Below, in pieces: positions 8,694 to 17,677 of a DNA stretch of 64,000 nt. Both the position numbers and the translations under genes were made by a program. The notes under the pieces are model-generated. The model was not told the DNA's origin. It saw only the letters and a program-made list of their open reading frames with translations, and searched no databases. Position 1 is the stretch's first letter, and each line of letters starts with the position of its first letter. Location of the stretch: NCBI GenBank assembly GCA_965215605.1, contig OZ244070.1, forward strand, positions 64,001 through 128,000, in the 5' to 3' direction. The DNA comes from an uncultured Candidatus Binatia bacterium (GTDB lineage Bacteria; Desulfobacterota; Binatia; UBA9968; JAJDTQ01).

Positions 8694-9665
8694 TTAGAGC
8701 CCCTCGAGCTTCCTCATGGTCTCGGCGTAGTCCACCAGCGCCTTGTCCAGCGTGTATTCGGCCTCGAAGCCCAGTTGCTCCGACGCCCGGGACAGATCGG
8801 TCAGAGGCCGGTTCGCCGGATAGGCCATGGGATCGTTGCCCTTCTTGAGCGTCACCCTGGACTCGGGGAACTCCTTCTTCAACGCCGCGAGTATGTCGTC
8901 GCCGGTGACCATGCCGGCGCAGCCGATGTGGAAGAGCCGGTCCTTGTGGTCCGGCTTCAGCGCGGCAAGGACGGTGGCCGTGGCCGCGTCCTTGCCGTAG
9001 AGAACCTCCGTGGGACCGTAGGGCCAGTTCACGGCCGTGTCCTCGCCCTTCAGCGCGGCGCGGATCATGTCCTGGATCGCCTGCTCGCGGGTGGCCTTCA
9101 TGGTGGTCGGCGACGGGCCGTAAAGCCCTCCCACGTAGCGAATGCACACGAACTCGAAGCCGTACATCTTGGCGTAGGCGTTGCCGAGAAACTCGCAGCC
9201 GCCCTTGGTGGCGGCATAGACCGACGGCGGGTTGATGGGGATGGTCTCGTCGATGCTCTGGAGCCCCTCCCCGAACGAGCCCAGATAGACCGTGCCCGAG
9301 CTGGGAAAGGTAATCCGTGGCACGTTCTCCAGCCGCACCGCCTCGAGCACGTTGACGGTGCCCATGAGATTCAGACGCACGCCGGTGTAGGGGCGCCGCT
9401 GCACCTCCTCGCCGAGAAAGGCGGCCAGGTGAATGACCTGGCCGACGTCATGGTCCCGGATCGCGCTCACGAGCTGCGGCAGGTCGAGGATGTCGCCACG
9501 CACGGTTTCCACCGACGCCGGATCGACACCCACCGCCCTGAGCAGCCGCTCGTTCACCGCCACGTCGAAGATGACCGGGCGCTCGCCGCGCGCCTGCAAC
9601 ATCCCCACGACATACGCGCCCACGAGACCGGTACCCCCGGTCACCAGAATGCTCTTCTGTGCCAT
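8694..9665 (-). CDS. NAD-dependent epimerase/dehydratase (extended SDR)
   Basis: TGGTGLVG, HLAA, YAATK motifs. Confidence 0.88.
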   Translation of the reverse strand: MAQKSILVTGGTGLVGAYVVGMLQARGERPVIFDVAVNERLLRAVGVDPASVETVRGDILDLPQLVSAIRDHDVGQVIHLAAFLGEEVQRRPYTGVRLNLMGTVNVLEAVRLENVPRITFPSSGTVYLGSFGEGLQSIDETIPINPPSVYAATKGGCEFLGNAYAKMYGFEFVCIRYVGGLYGPSPTTMKATREQAIQDMIRAALKGEDTAVNWPYGPTEVLYGKDAATATVLAALKPDHKDRLFHIGCAGMVTGDDILAALKKEFPESRVTLKKGNDPMAYPANRPLTDLSRASEQLGFEAEYTLDKALVDYAETMRKLEGL

Positions 9666-9687
9666 TCTCTTCCTCCCGACCAACGAG

Positions 9688-10506
9688 CTACGGAAACATG
9701 TATTCCACCGGCGGCGATTCGAAGTCCGTCTCCACCGACGTAGTTCCGGGAACCTCCTTGGCCACCGAGACGATCTCTTCCTGGAGCGCGGGCTGGGTGA
9801 GGATCCCGGAGACGTGGACCACGCCGCCGCTCGCGCGGACGCGCACGTTCAGGTTCCGCGTCTTCGGCGACACGATCACCGCCGCCTGCACACGCGACGT
9901 CAGCGACAGGTCCGCGAAGGCCTGTTCCGACGCCGGGGTCTTCTGGTACTCGGGCCTGCCGGCCGCGTCCTCGATCAGTTCGGCCAAGGTGTCCACCGTC
10001 ATCTGGCCGGCGTTCAACACCAGATCGTAGCGCGACGCGTCGCGCCAGTCCGCTCCGAAGATGGCCTCCATGCGCCGGGAACGCGCCTTGTTGACGTTTT
10101 CCACGTAACGGCGGCCGCCGGCCTCGTCGAGCCCTTCGCGCTCGCGCACCTTCTCCAACTGGTATTCCAACGGCGCCGTCAGCAGCACCTTGACCACATG
10201 GCTCACTCCGGGCAGGAGCTCCTGCCCCATATGGCCGTGATAGACGAGCCTGCCGTCCCTGGCCATCTCGCACATGGCGGCCTGCAGCGTGATGCGGTAG
10301 AGGCGAAGACTCTCGCGCCAGCGTTCCCACCAGGCCGGCCCCGACTCCAGCACCTCTTCGTATTTGGCCTCGGGAATGCCGTAGCGGTTGCTCGCCTCGA
10401 TCAACACCTCCCGGTCCACGCACGGGCAGCCAAGGTCCCCGGCAACCCGTTCGGCAACCTCCGGACCCGCACCAAACGCGCCACGAATGATCGTGATAAT
10501 CGGCAT
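9688..10506 (-). CDS. Cytidylate kinase-like (Cytidylate_kin2) protein with C-terminal BON domain
   Basis: IITIIRGAFGAG.EVA, DW.D.S.YDLVLN; C-terminal VRVRASGGVVHVSG...VPGTTSVE. Confidence 0.8.
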   Translation of the reverse strand: MPIITIIRGAFGAGPEVAERVAGDLGCPCVDREVLIEASNRYGIPEAKYEEVLESGPAWWERWRESLRLYRITLQAAMCEMARDGRLVYHGHMGQELLPGVSHVVKVLLTAPLEYQLEKVREREGLDEAGGRRYVENVNKARSRRMEAIFGADWRDASRYDLVLNAGQMTVDTLAELIEDAAGRPEYQKTPASEQAFADLSLTSRVQAAVIVSPKTRNLNVRVRASGGVVHVSGILTQPALQEEIVSVAKEVPGTTSVETDFESPPVEYMFP

Positions 10507-10711
10507 GGGCTTCCCTCCTCTCGGCTGTGTTGTTGGCCTCGGCCGCGCCCGTGGCCTGCACAATTGCTAAAGTAAACCCTCTGGTATGACGTTGCAAGAT
10601 AAATCGGGGATTCGCAGGCTCCACACCCCGTGCGAATCCACCCGGGCACGGATGTTTGTGCCGCCAACCGGCTTTTGTTACACGTTCACTGCCCCGGATG
10701 TTGCGTTCCAC

Positions 10712-11830
10712 ATGACCCCCAAGGAAAAACTGCTGGCGCTTCGCGAAGAGTTGCGACAGACGTTCCTGGAACGCGGCGAGCTCATCGACGGCGCGCTCGC
10801 GGCCCTGCTCTCGGCCCGGAACCTGCTCATCATCGGCCCGCCGGGCACCGCCAAGTCCATGCTGGCCGACGAGTTGTGCCGCCGCATCGAGGGCGCCGAC
10901 TACTTCCAGTGGCTGCTGACCCGTTTCACCGCCCCGGAAGAGCTGTTCGGCGCCGTGAGCCTCAAGGGCCTGGAACAAGACGACTACCGGCGCGTCACCA
11001 CCCGCAAGCTCCCGGAAGCCCACATCGCCTTTCTGGACGAGGTCTTCAAGGCCAACTCCTCGATCCTGAACTCGATCCTGACCATCATCAACGAGCGCCG
11101 GTTCCACAATGGCCAGCAGGTCCACGACGTGCCGCTCATCACCCTGTTCGGCGCCAGCAACGAGCTTCCCGAGGACGACGAGCTCACCGCCCTGTACGAC
11201 CGGTTCCTACTCCGGTTCATGGTGGACTACATCCAGGAGGACTACCGCTTCCTGCGCATGCTGGAGGCCACGCCGCAGGAAACCGAGGTTCGCATCACCC
11301 TCGAGGAGCTCGGCGCGATGCAGCGCGAGGCGGATGCGCAGCCGGTGCCGGGCCACGTGCACCGGGCCATGGCCGAGGTCCGCCGGCAGCTCGGCAAGAA
11401 GCAGATCGTCGCCTCGGACCGGCGTTACCGCCAGTCCCTGGCGCTGCTGAAGGCGCACTCGTATCTAGCCGGCGACGCCCAGGTGTCGGACCGGAGTCTG
11501 CTGTTCCTGGAGCACGTGCTGTGGCGGGAGCCGTCCGAGCAGGCCGATGTGGGCGCCGTCATCCGCGAGATCGTGCTGGGTTACGAGAAGGAGGCCCAGG
11601 AACTCCTGTACCAGGCCCGGGAGATCGGGGAGTACGTGCAGCGCTCCTGGGACACGGAGGAGTTGCGTTCCCAGGCCCTCATCGAGGGGCACACCAAGCT
11701 CCGCAACATCCTGGGCCGGATGGAGCAGATCATCGAGAAAGCCGCGGATTCGGACCGTCCCGTGGCCGGCGTGGAAGACATGCGGGACGAGATCCAGACC
11801 CTTCAGAAGCGTCTGCTGGAGGAATTGTAG
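10712..11830 (+). CDS. MoxR-family AAA+ ATPase, RavA-type
   Basis: FLER, GPPGTAKS (Walker A), LLTRFTAPEELFG, FLDEVFKANSSILN, GASNELP, ALYDRF, SDRR. Confidence 0.9.
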   Translation: MTPKEKLLALREELRQTFLERGELIDGALAALLSARNLLIIGPPGTAKSMLADELCRRIEGADYFQWLLTRFTAPEELFGAVSLKGLEQDDYRRVTTRKLPEAHIAFLDEVFKANSSILNSILTIINERRFHNGQQVHDVPLITLFGASNELPEDDELTALYDRFLLRFMVDYIQEDYRFLRMLEATPQETEVRITLEELGAMQREADAQPVPGHVHRAMAEVRRQLGKKQIVASDRRYRQSLALLKAHSYLAGDAQVSDRSLLFLEHVLWREPSEQADVGAVIREIVLGYEKEAQELLYQAREIGEYVQRSWDTEELRSQALIEGHTKLRNILGRMEQIIEKAADSDRPVAGVEDMRDEIQTLQKRLLEEL

Positions 11831-13398
11831 TGGTCCGCCGGACGACGACGAAACGGCCCGCCCCGCTGCCGGACCTGCCCGAGAACGCCAACTGGATCGA
11901 GAGCGACCGCTACGACCGCCACGCCTACGGGCAGCTTCGCCGGGACGCCGCCTCGCTGAAGGAACTGGAGCGCGCCGGCCAGACGCTTCTGCCCCACTTT
12001 CCCTCCCTCCTCCAGGATGTCTTCTGCCTGTTGTTCAAGTACAACATCGTCTTCACCGCGGAGCCGGACGTGCTCCCCAGCGCGTCGGTCAACCGCGCCC
12101 TTCTCGCCGCGCTTCATGACGGCGAGGTGAGCCGCATCCTGCGGGAGCTGACCTTGCTCGACGAGGCCCGGGCCGGCCTGTGCACGCTGCTCCTCGGCGA
12201 AGGCCTGCTGGACATGCTCAAGTCGGAGAAGCCGTGGACGCGCCACGACATGATGGACACCTGGAAGCTGCGGCAGCAGGAGGAGGATTTCCGAAAGACC
12301 CGCGAGATGCTGGAGCACGCCGGCGAGCTGGCCGGGCAGGAAGACGGAGCCGGCAAGGAAGAGGCTTTGGCGAAGGTCCAGGAGCGGCTCAAGAGCAAGC
12401 TCCGGGGCGACGCCGCGTCCATCCGGCAAAAGCGGCGGCAGTTGACCGAGGACCTGGACCGGGTCGAGGGCGAGGCCCGGGCGCGGGCGCAGGCCTCGGC
12501 CATCCGCGCCGCCCAGCAGCTCGAGGAGGCCGCGGAGGAAGCGGAACAGTGGGGTTCGGCGGTGGGCGGCGGCGGCCGCCTGCCCGCCGACCGGAGGCTC
12601 GAGCTGGGCCGGCGCCTGGCCGGCAACGACAAGCTCAAGAAACTGATCCGCATGGTGGGCAGGATGAAGTCCCACGCCCTGGCGCTCCGCAAGCGCACCT
12701 TCGAGCGCGCCAACGAGGAACTGTACGCGGTGGAGCAGGGAGGCGCCCTGGAGCACCTGCTCCCGCAGGAGTTGGTGACGCTGCACCACCCGGTGCTGCA
12801 ACGGGACTTCCGGCGCCGCCTGCTGGAGAAGGAACTGTTGCAGTATTCGTTGCGGGGCATGGAGGAGAAACGCAAGGGGCCGGTGGTGGTCTGTCTCGAC
12901 GGCAGCTCCTCCATGGCCGGCGACAAGGAACTCTGGTCCAAGGCCGTCACCCTGACCCTGCTGGATCTCACCCGGCGCCAGCGCCGGCCGTTCCGCTCCA
13001 TCTGCTTCTCCTCCCGGGACACCGCCCTGCACGTCCTGGACATGACCACCCCGCGCGGCGCCGGCGTGGAGCCCCGCAAGCTCATGGACCTGGCGGAGCA
13101 TTTCCCGGGCGGCGGCACGGACTTCGAGAAGCCGCTGGACGCGGCGCTGGAGTGCCTCAGGAAATCGCGTTATAAAAAGGGCGATATCGTTTTCATCACG
13201 GACGGGGAGTGCCGGGTGTCGGCCGAATGGTCGGAGCGGTTCCTCGGGGAGAAGGACCGGCTCGGCTTCTCGCTCTTCTCCATCCTCATCGACGTCGGAC
13301 CCAGCTCCCTGGGGACCCTGAAGGAGTTCAGCGACCGGATCACCACCATCACCCAGCTCACCAGCGAGGGCACGCGCGACCTGTTCATCCGTTTCTGA
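11830..13398 (+). CDS. VWA domain protein (ViaA/CoxE-like partner)
   Basis: GTG overlapping the ATPase stop; KGPVVVCLDGSSSM (MIDAS), GGGTDF, DIVFITDG. Confidence 0.88.
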   Translation: MVRRTTTKRPAPLPDLPENANWIESDRYDRHAYGQLRRDAASLKELERAGQTLLPHFPSLLQDVFCLLFKYNIVFTAEPDVLPSASVNRALLAALHDGEVSRILRELTLLDEARAGLCTLLLGEGLLDMLKSEKPWTRHDMMDTWKLRQQEEDFRKTREMLEHAGELAGQEDGAGKEEALAKVQERLKSKLRGDAASIRQKRRQLTEDLDRVEGEARARAQASAIRAAQQLEEAAEEAEQWGSAVGGGGRLPADRRLELGRRLAGNDKLKKLIRMVGRMKSHALALRKRTFERANEELYAVEQGGALEHLLPQELVTLHHPVLQRDFRRRLLEKELLQYSLRGMEEKRKGPVVVCLDGSSSMAGDKELWSKAVTLTLLDLTRRQRRPFRSICFSSRDTALHVLDMTTPRGAGVEPRKLMDLAEHFPGGGTDFEKPLDAALECLRKSRYKKGDIVFITDGECRVSAEWSERFLGEKDRLGFSLFSILIDVGPSSLGTLKEFSDRITTITQLTSEGTRDLFIRF

Positions 13399-13450
13399 GG
13401 TCCCGCGATCCCGTGAGCCCAAGCCAACCGCAAGTCATCGGAGAACCTCC

Positions 13451-14410
13451 ATGAACAAGAAACCGAGCTTCGGCATCCTCTTACCGACCCGTGGGGTCAT
13501 CCTGACCAAGGCCGCCGTCCCCGACCTGAGCCCCGTCTTCAACCTCGCCGACGCGGCCGAGAAGGCCGGCTACGACTCGGTATGGATCGGCGACAGCGTC
13601 ACCGCCAAGTCGCGGCTGGAGGTCATCAGCACCCTGGGAGCGCTGGCGGTGAAGACCGAACGGGTGAAGATCGGCACCGCGGTGCTGCTGGCGGCCATGC
13701 GCAACCCGGTGGTGCTGGCACAGGCCCTGGCCAGCGTGGACGTGCTGTGCGGCGGGCGTCTGATCTGCGGCGTGGGCGTCTCCCGCAACGACAAGATGTT
13801 CGAGGAGGAGTACACGGCCTGCGGCGTGCCCTTCAACCAGAAGGCCGGCCGGCTCAGCCAGGTGCTCAAGATCATGAAGATGCTGTGGGCCGGCGACAAC
13901 GTCACCCACGAAAACAAGTACTACACGGTCGAGAACATCTCGCTGCTGCCCAAGCCGGTGCAGCGTCCCGGCGTCCCCGTGTGGGTGTCGAGCAACGACG
14001 TGGACAGCGGGCTCAAGCGCGTCGCGCTCCACGGCGACGCCTGGATCACCAACATCCCGTCGCTCCAGGTCTTCAAGGAATCGCGAAAGAAGATGGAAGA
14101 CTTCGCCAGCGACGCCGGACGCAACCCCGACGACATCCACCGTTGCCTGTACCTGACCATCCACATGGACCCCGACGCCGACAAGGCGCGCCGGGAGGGC
14201 GGCGCGTTCCTGGAGGCCTACTACCACAAGACCTACGAGCAGGTGGCCGCGCAGCTCGTGGTGAAGGCCGGCGGCACCAACGAAGTGGTGGACTTCATCA
14301 ACGAGTACGCCGAAGCCGGCATCCAGACCTTCATCGTCCGTTTCGCGGCCAAGGACCAGTTCCAGCACCTCGACGTCTGCAACGAGCACGTGATGCCGCA
14401 CTTCCGGTAG
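13451..14410 (+). CDS. LLM-class flavin-dependent oxidoreductase
   Basis: AEKAGYDSVWIGD, IGTAVLL...RNPVVLA, GGRLICGVG, PKPVQRP. Confidence 0.9.
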   Translation: MNKKPSFGILLPTRGVILTKAAVPDLSPVFNLADAAEKAGYDSVWIGDSVTAKSRLEVISTLGALAVKTERVKIGTAVLLAAMRNPVVLAQALASVDVLCGGRLICGVGVSRNDKMFEEEYTACGVPFNQKAGRLSQVLKIMKMLWAGDNVTHENKYYTVENISLLPKPVQRPGVPVWVSSNDVDSGLKRVALHGDAWITNIPSLQVFKESRKKMEDFASDAGRNPDDIHRCLYLTIHMDPDADKARREGGAFLEAYYHKTYEQVAAQLVVKAGGTNEVVDFINEYAEAGIQTFIVRFAAKDQFQHLDVCNEHVMPHFR

Positions 14411-14439
14411 GGAGACGGCATCCCTCCCGGACGGGTGAC

Positions 14440-15630
14440 ATGAGCGCCGATCGCGTGCTGGTGGCGGGCGCGGGCCCCGTGGGCCTGGCGGCGGCGGTGT
14501 ATCTGGCTCAGCACGACGTGCCGGTCACGGTGCTGGAGGCGGAACCCGCGCTGCCCGAAACGCTGCGCGCATCCACCTTCCATCCCCCCACCCTCGACAT
14601 GCTGGAGTCGACCGGAGTGCTGGACGACCTCCTGGCCCTGGGACTCGAGGCCCCCACCGTCCAGTACCGCGAGCGCGCCGGCTGCATCGCGGAGTTCGAC
14701 TTCGGACAGATCGCCGACGTCACCGCGCACCCGTACCGGCTCCAGTGCGAGCAGTTCAAGCTCAACCGGCTGCTGTACGGGAAGCTCGCGACCCTGCCCG
14801 GCGCGGAGGTATACTTCTCGAACGAAGTGACCGGCGTGGCGGAGGACGGGACGTCGGTCACCGCGGTGGTGGGGCAAGGCGGCAAGACCCGCCGCTTCCG
14901 GGGCCGCTACCTGGTGGGGGCCGACGGTGCCCGCAGCAACGTCCGCAAGGCCCTGGACATCCCCTTCGACGGGTTCACCTGGCCCGAGCGCTTCCTGGTG
15001 GTGAGCACGCCGTTCCGTTTCGATGAGCAATTCGCCGAGCTGGCGCCGGTGAGCTACTTCGCGGACCCGGTGGAGTGGTTCTTCCTCCTGCGGGTGCCGG
15101 GACTATGGCGCGTGATGTTCCCCACGCGGCCGGAAGAGAGCGACGACGACGTGTTGAGCGATGCCAGCGTCGAGCGGCGTCTCCAGAGCGTCCTCCCGGC
15201 CGGAACGCCCTACCCGGTGGAACACCGGACCCTGTACCCGGTGCACCAGCGCGTGGCCGCGCGCTACCGCAAGGGGCGCGCGTTCCTCGCCGGCGACGCG
15301 GCCCACATCAACAATCCCTTGGGAGGCATGGGCATGAACGGCGGCATCCACGACGGCTACAACCTGGCGGAACGGCTGGTGCGCGTGTGGCGCGGAGAGG
15401 CGCCGGAATCGGAGCTCGACGGCTACGAGCGCCAGCGCCGGCCCATCGCGCTGGAATACGCCAACGTCCATTCCACCCGCAACAAGCTGAACCTCGAGAG
15501 CCGCGACCCCGCGAGGCAGCAGGAGTTCCGCCGCACCATGCGCGAAACCGTGGCGGACCCCGACAAGTCCTACGATTACCTGCTGCGAATCTCGATGATC
15601 GCCAGCCTGAGACAGGCGGCGAGGCTGTAA
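14440..15630 (+). CDS. FAD-dependent monooxygenase (MhpA/PheA family)
   Basis: VAGAGPVG, GADGARS.VRK, LAGDAAH.NNPLGGMGMNGGIHD. Confidence 0.9.
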   Translation: MSADRVLVAGAGPVGLAAAVYLAQHDVPVTVLEAEPALPETLRASTFHPPTLDMLESTGVLDDLLALGLEAPTVQYRERAGCIAEFDFGQIADVTAHPYRLQCEQFKLNRLLYGKLATLPGAEVYFSNEVTGVAEDGTSVTAVVGQGGKTRRFRGRYLVGADGARSNVRKALDIPFDGFTWPERFLVVSTPFRFDEQFAELAPVSYFADPVEWFFLLRVPGLWRVMFPTRPEESDDDVLSDASVERRLQSVLPAGTPYPVEHRTLYPVHQRVAARYRKGRAFLAGDAAHINNPLGGMGMNGGIHDGYNLAERLVRVWRGEAPESELDGYERQRRPIALEYANVHSTRNKLNLESRDPARQQEFRRTMRETVADPDKSYDYLLRISMIASLRQAARL

Positions 15631-15849
15631 CGACGCCGTCACGCGGCCCCGGACCGAAGCCGGAGCGCCAAACTTTCCCCGACTTCGCTCGTAGCCCGGC
15701 GCCGTGACGGCATGTATTTCGGGCAGCGCTCCGCAAGGTCGGCGACGGTGGGCTCGCGGGTCCGGTTCAGGTATGCTTGACAGACCGCGATGCCAAAGCC
15801 AGATTAGCGGCTGATCCGGCGCGCTTGCCAACGCTTCTCCCGGGAGACG

Positions 15850-16662
15850 ATGATGCCCAAGGTACTGACACAAGAACAGGTGAACGCCTACCATCGCGAA
15901 GGATTTCTGTTCCCCGTCCGCATCATGGACACGGAGTCCGCCCGTGCGTTGAGGCGCAAACTGGAGGACGTGGAACAAACCATCGGCGGCGAGATCCAGG
16001 AGCGTTACCGCATCAAGGCCCACCTTCCCTTCCCCTGGCTCAACGAGCTGATCCGCAACCCGGTGATGCTGGACGCCGTGGAGGACATCGTCGGCCCCAA
16101 TATCTTGTGCTGGGGCTCCAGCTTCTTCACCAAGAACGCCCACGATCCCCGGTTCGTCTCCTGGCACCAGGACACCACCTATTACGGGCTGGAACCCCGG
16201 GAGACCCTGACTGCCTGGTTCGCCTTCACCGACAGCAGGGTCGAGAGCGGCTGCATGCGGGTCATCCCGAGCTCCCATGCGGAGGGCGCCCGCCGGCACG
16301 TGGAGACCTTCGCCGAGGACAACCTCCTTTCCAGGGGGCAGACCGTCGCGGATGTGGACGATTCCCGGGCGGTGGACGTGGAGCTGGAGGCCGGCGAGAT
16401 CTCGTTCCACAGCGAGACCGTCATTCACGGCTCCAATCCCAACGAGTCCGACGACCGGCGGCTCGGCTACTCCATCCACTTCATCGCCCCGCACGTCCAC
16501 CAGACGCTGTTCGACCGCGCCAGCGCGGCGTTGCTGCGCGGCACCGACACCCACGGCCACTGGAAGCCCGAGCCGGTTGCGAAACGGGACTTCGATCCGG
16601 ATTGCCTTGCCGCGCTGGACCGCAACCATCAGCAGTACAAGGCCAACAAGCAAGGAGCGTAA
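15850..16662 (+). CDS. Phytanoyl-CoA dioxygenase family Fe/2OG enzyme
   Basis: WHQD and H.....HGS.PN...RR facial-triad motifs. Confidence 0.9.
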   Translation: MMPKVLTQEQVNAYHREGFLFPVRIMDTESARALRRKLEDVEQTIGGEIQERYRIKAHLPFPWLNELIRNPVMLDAVEDIVGPNILCWGSSFFTKNAHDPRFVSWHQDTTYYGLEPRETLTAWFAFTDSRVESGCMRVIPSSHAEGARRHVETFAEDNLLSRGQTVADVDDSRAVDVELEAGEISFHSETVIHGSNPNESDDRRLGYSIHFIAPHVHQTLFDRASAALLRGTDTHGHWKPEPVAKRDFDPDCLAALDRNHQQYKANKQGA

Positions 16663-16750
16663 CCCGAAGACCTTCCCGGTCAGGGGTCCCGCGGCCCTTG
16701 AATCCGACCGCCGATCCGAATTCAAGCCAAATCGAGAAAGGAATCGATAA

Positions 16751-17677
16751 GTGCCAGAGAAATCGCTAGCTAACAAGGTCGTCATCGTAACCGGAGGCGC
16801 TGGCGGCATGGGCACCGTGATGACGCTGGCACTGCTGGAGGACGGCGCCCGTGTAGCCGTGGTGGACAACCAGGAGGAGCGTTGCCAGGCCATGGCGCGG
16901 AGCACCGCGGGCGTGGCGGACGAAGGCGCGCTCATGACCCTCACCGCCGACATCACCAGGGCCGATGAATGCGAGCGGGTGGCCAACGCGGTGATGGACC
17001 GGTTCGGACGGGTGGACGCGCTGGTCAATGCCGCCGGCATCGGTATGCAGACGGTGCGGGCCAACTACATGAGCGAGCCCGTGCGTTTCTGGGAAGTGGA
17101 GCCCGACCGCTGGCAGGCGGTGATGGACGTCAACTGGAAGGGCGCCTTCCTGATGGCCCGGGCGGTCACCCCGCACCTGGTAGAGCAAGGTTCCGGCCGC
17201 ATCGTGAACGTCACCACCAGCCTCGACACCATGTTCCGCGGGGCCTACACCCCCTACGGCATGTCCAAGGCCGCGTTGGAGGCCGCCACCGCGAGCTGGG
17301 CCAAGGACCTGGAAGGCACCGGCGTAACCGTCAACGTGCTGGTGCCCGGCGGACCCACCAACACGAGCTTCATCCCCGAAAGCGCCCCCTTCGACCGCGA
17401 CAAGCTGGTGCAGCCGGGAGTCATGGCCGCGCCCGTCCGCTGGCTCGTGTCCGACGCTTCCCAAGACATCACCGGCTGCCGCTTCGTGGGAAACGACTGG
17501 GATACGGCCCTGGAACCCGACGAGGCCGCCAAGGCAATCTGCCGCCCGGCGGCCTGGCAGGACCTGTCTTCGCAGGCGGCATGGCCCGCCGGAAGTAACT
17601 CCAACCTACCCACAGGAGGTCATCATGGCTTACAGCGCAAAAGGTCGTACCAAGGACTTTCCCGTTTTCGACTGTGA
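16751..17677 (+). CDS. SDR family oxidoreductase
   Basis: TGGAGGMG, NAAG, YGMSKAA; C-terminus overlaps the next gene by 53 nt. Confidence 0.88.
   Translation: MPEKSLANKVVIVTGGAGGMGTVMTLALLEDGARVAVVDNQEERCQAMARSTAGVADEGALMTLTADITRADECERVANAVMDRFGRVDALVNAAGIGMQTVRANYMSEPVRFWEVEPDRWQAVMDVNWKGAFLMARAVTPHLVEQGSGRIVNVTTSLDTMFRGAYTPYGMSKAALEAATASWAKDLEGTGVTVNVLVPGGPTNTSFIPESAPFDRDKLVQPGVMAAPVRWLVSDASQDITGCRFVGNDWDTALEPDEAAKAICRPAAWQDLSSQAAWPAGSNSNLPTGGHHGLQRKRSYQGLSRFRL

Noticed and set aside
10582-10597. Sigma-54 promoter-like TGGTATGACGTTGCA
   Set aside because: GG-to-GC spacing is 9 nt rather than the required 10
10630-11829. 922-aa ORF suggesting a giant VWA fusion
   Set aside because: The first 400 codons are an alternative frame over the AAA gene (Arg/Pro/Gly-rich); the real start is GTG 11830
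13582-14439. 682-aa ORF with a long N-terminal extension on the FAD monooxygenase
   Set aside because: Off-frame overlap with the LLM gene; the Rossmann motif begins right after ATG 14440
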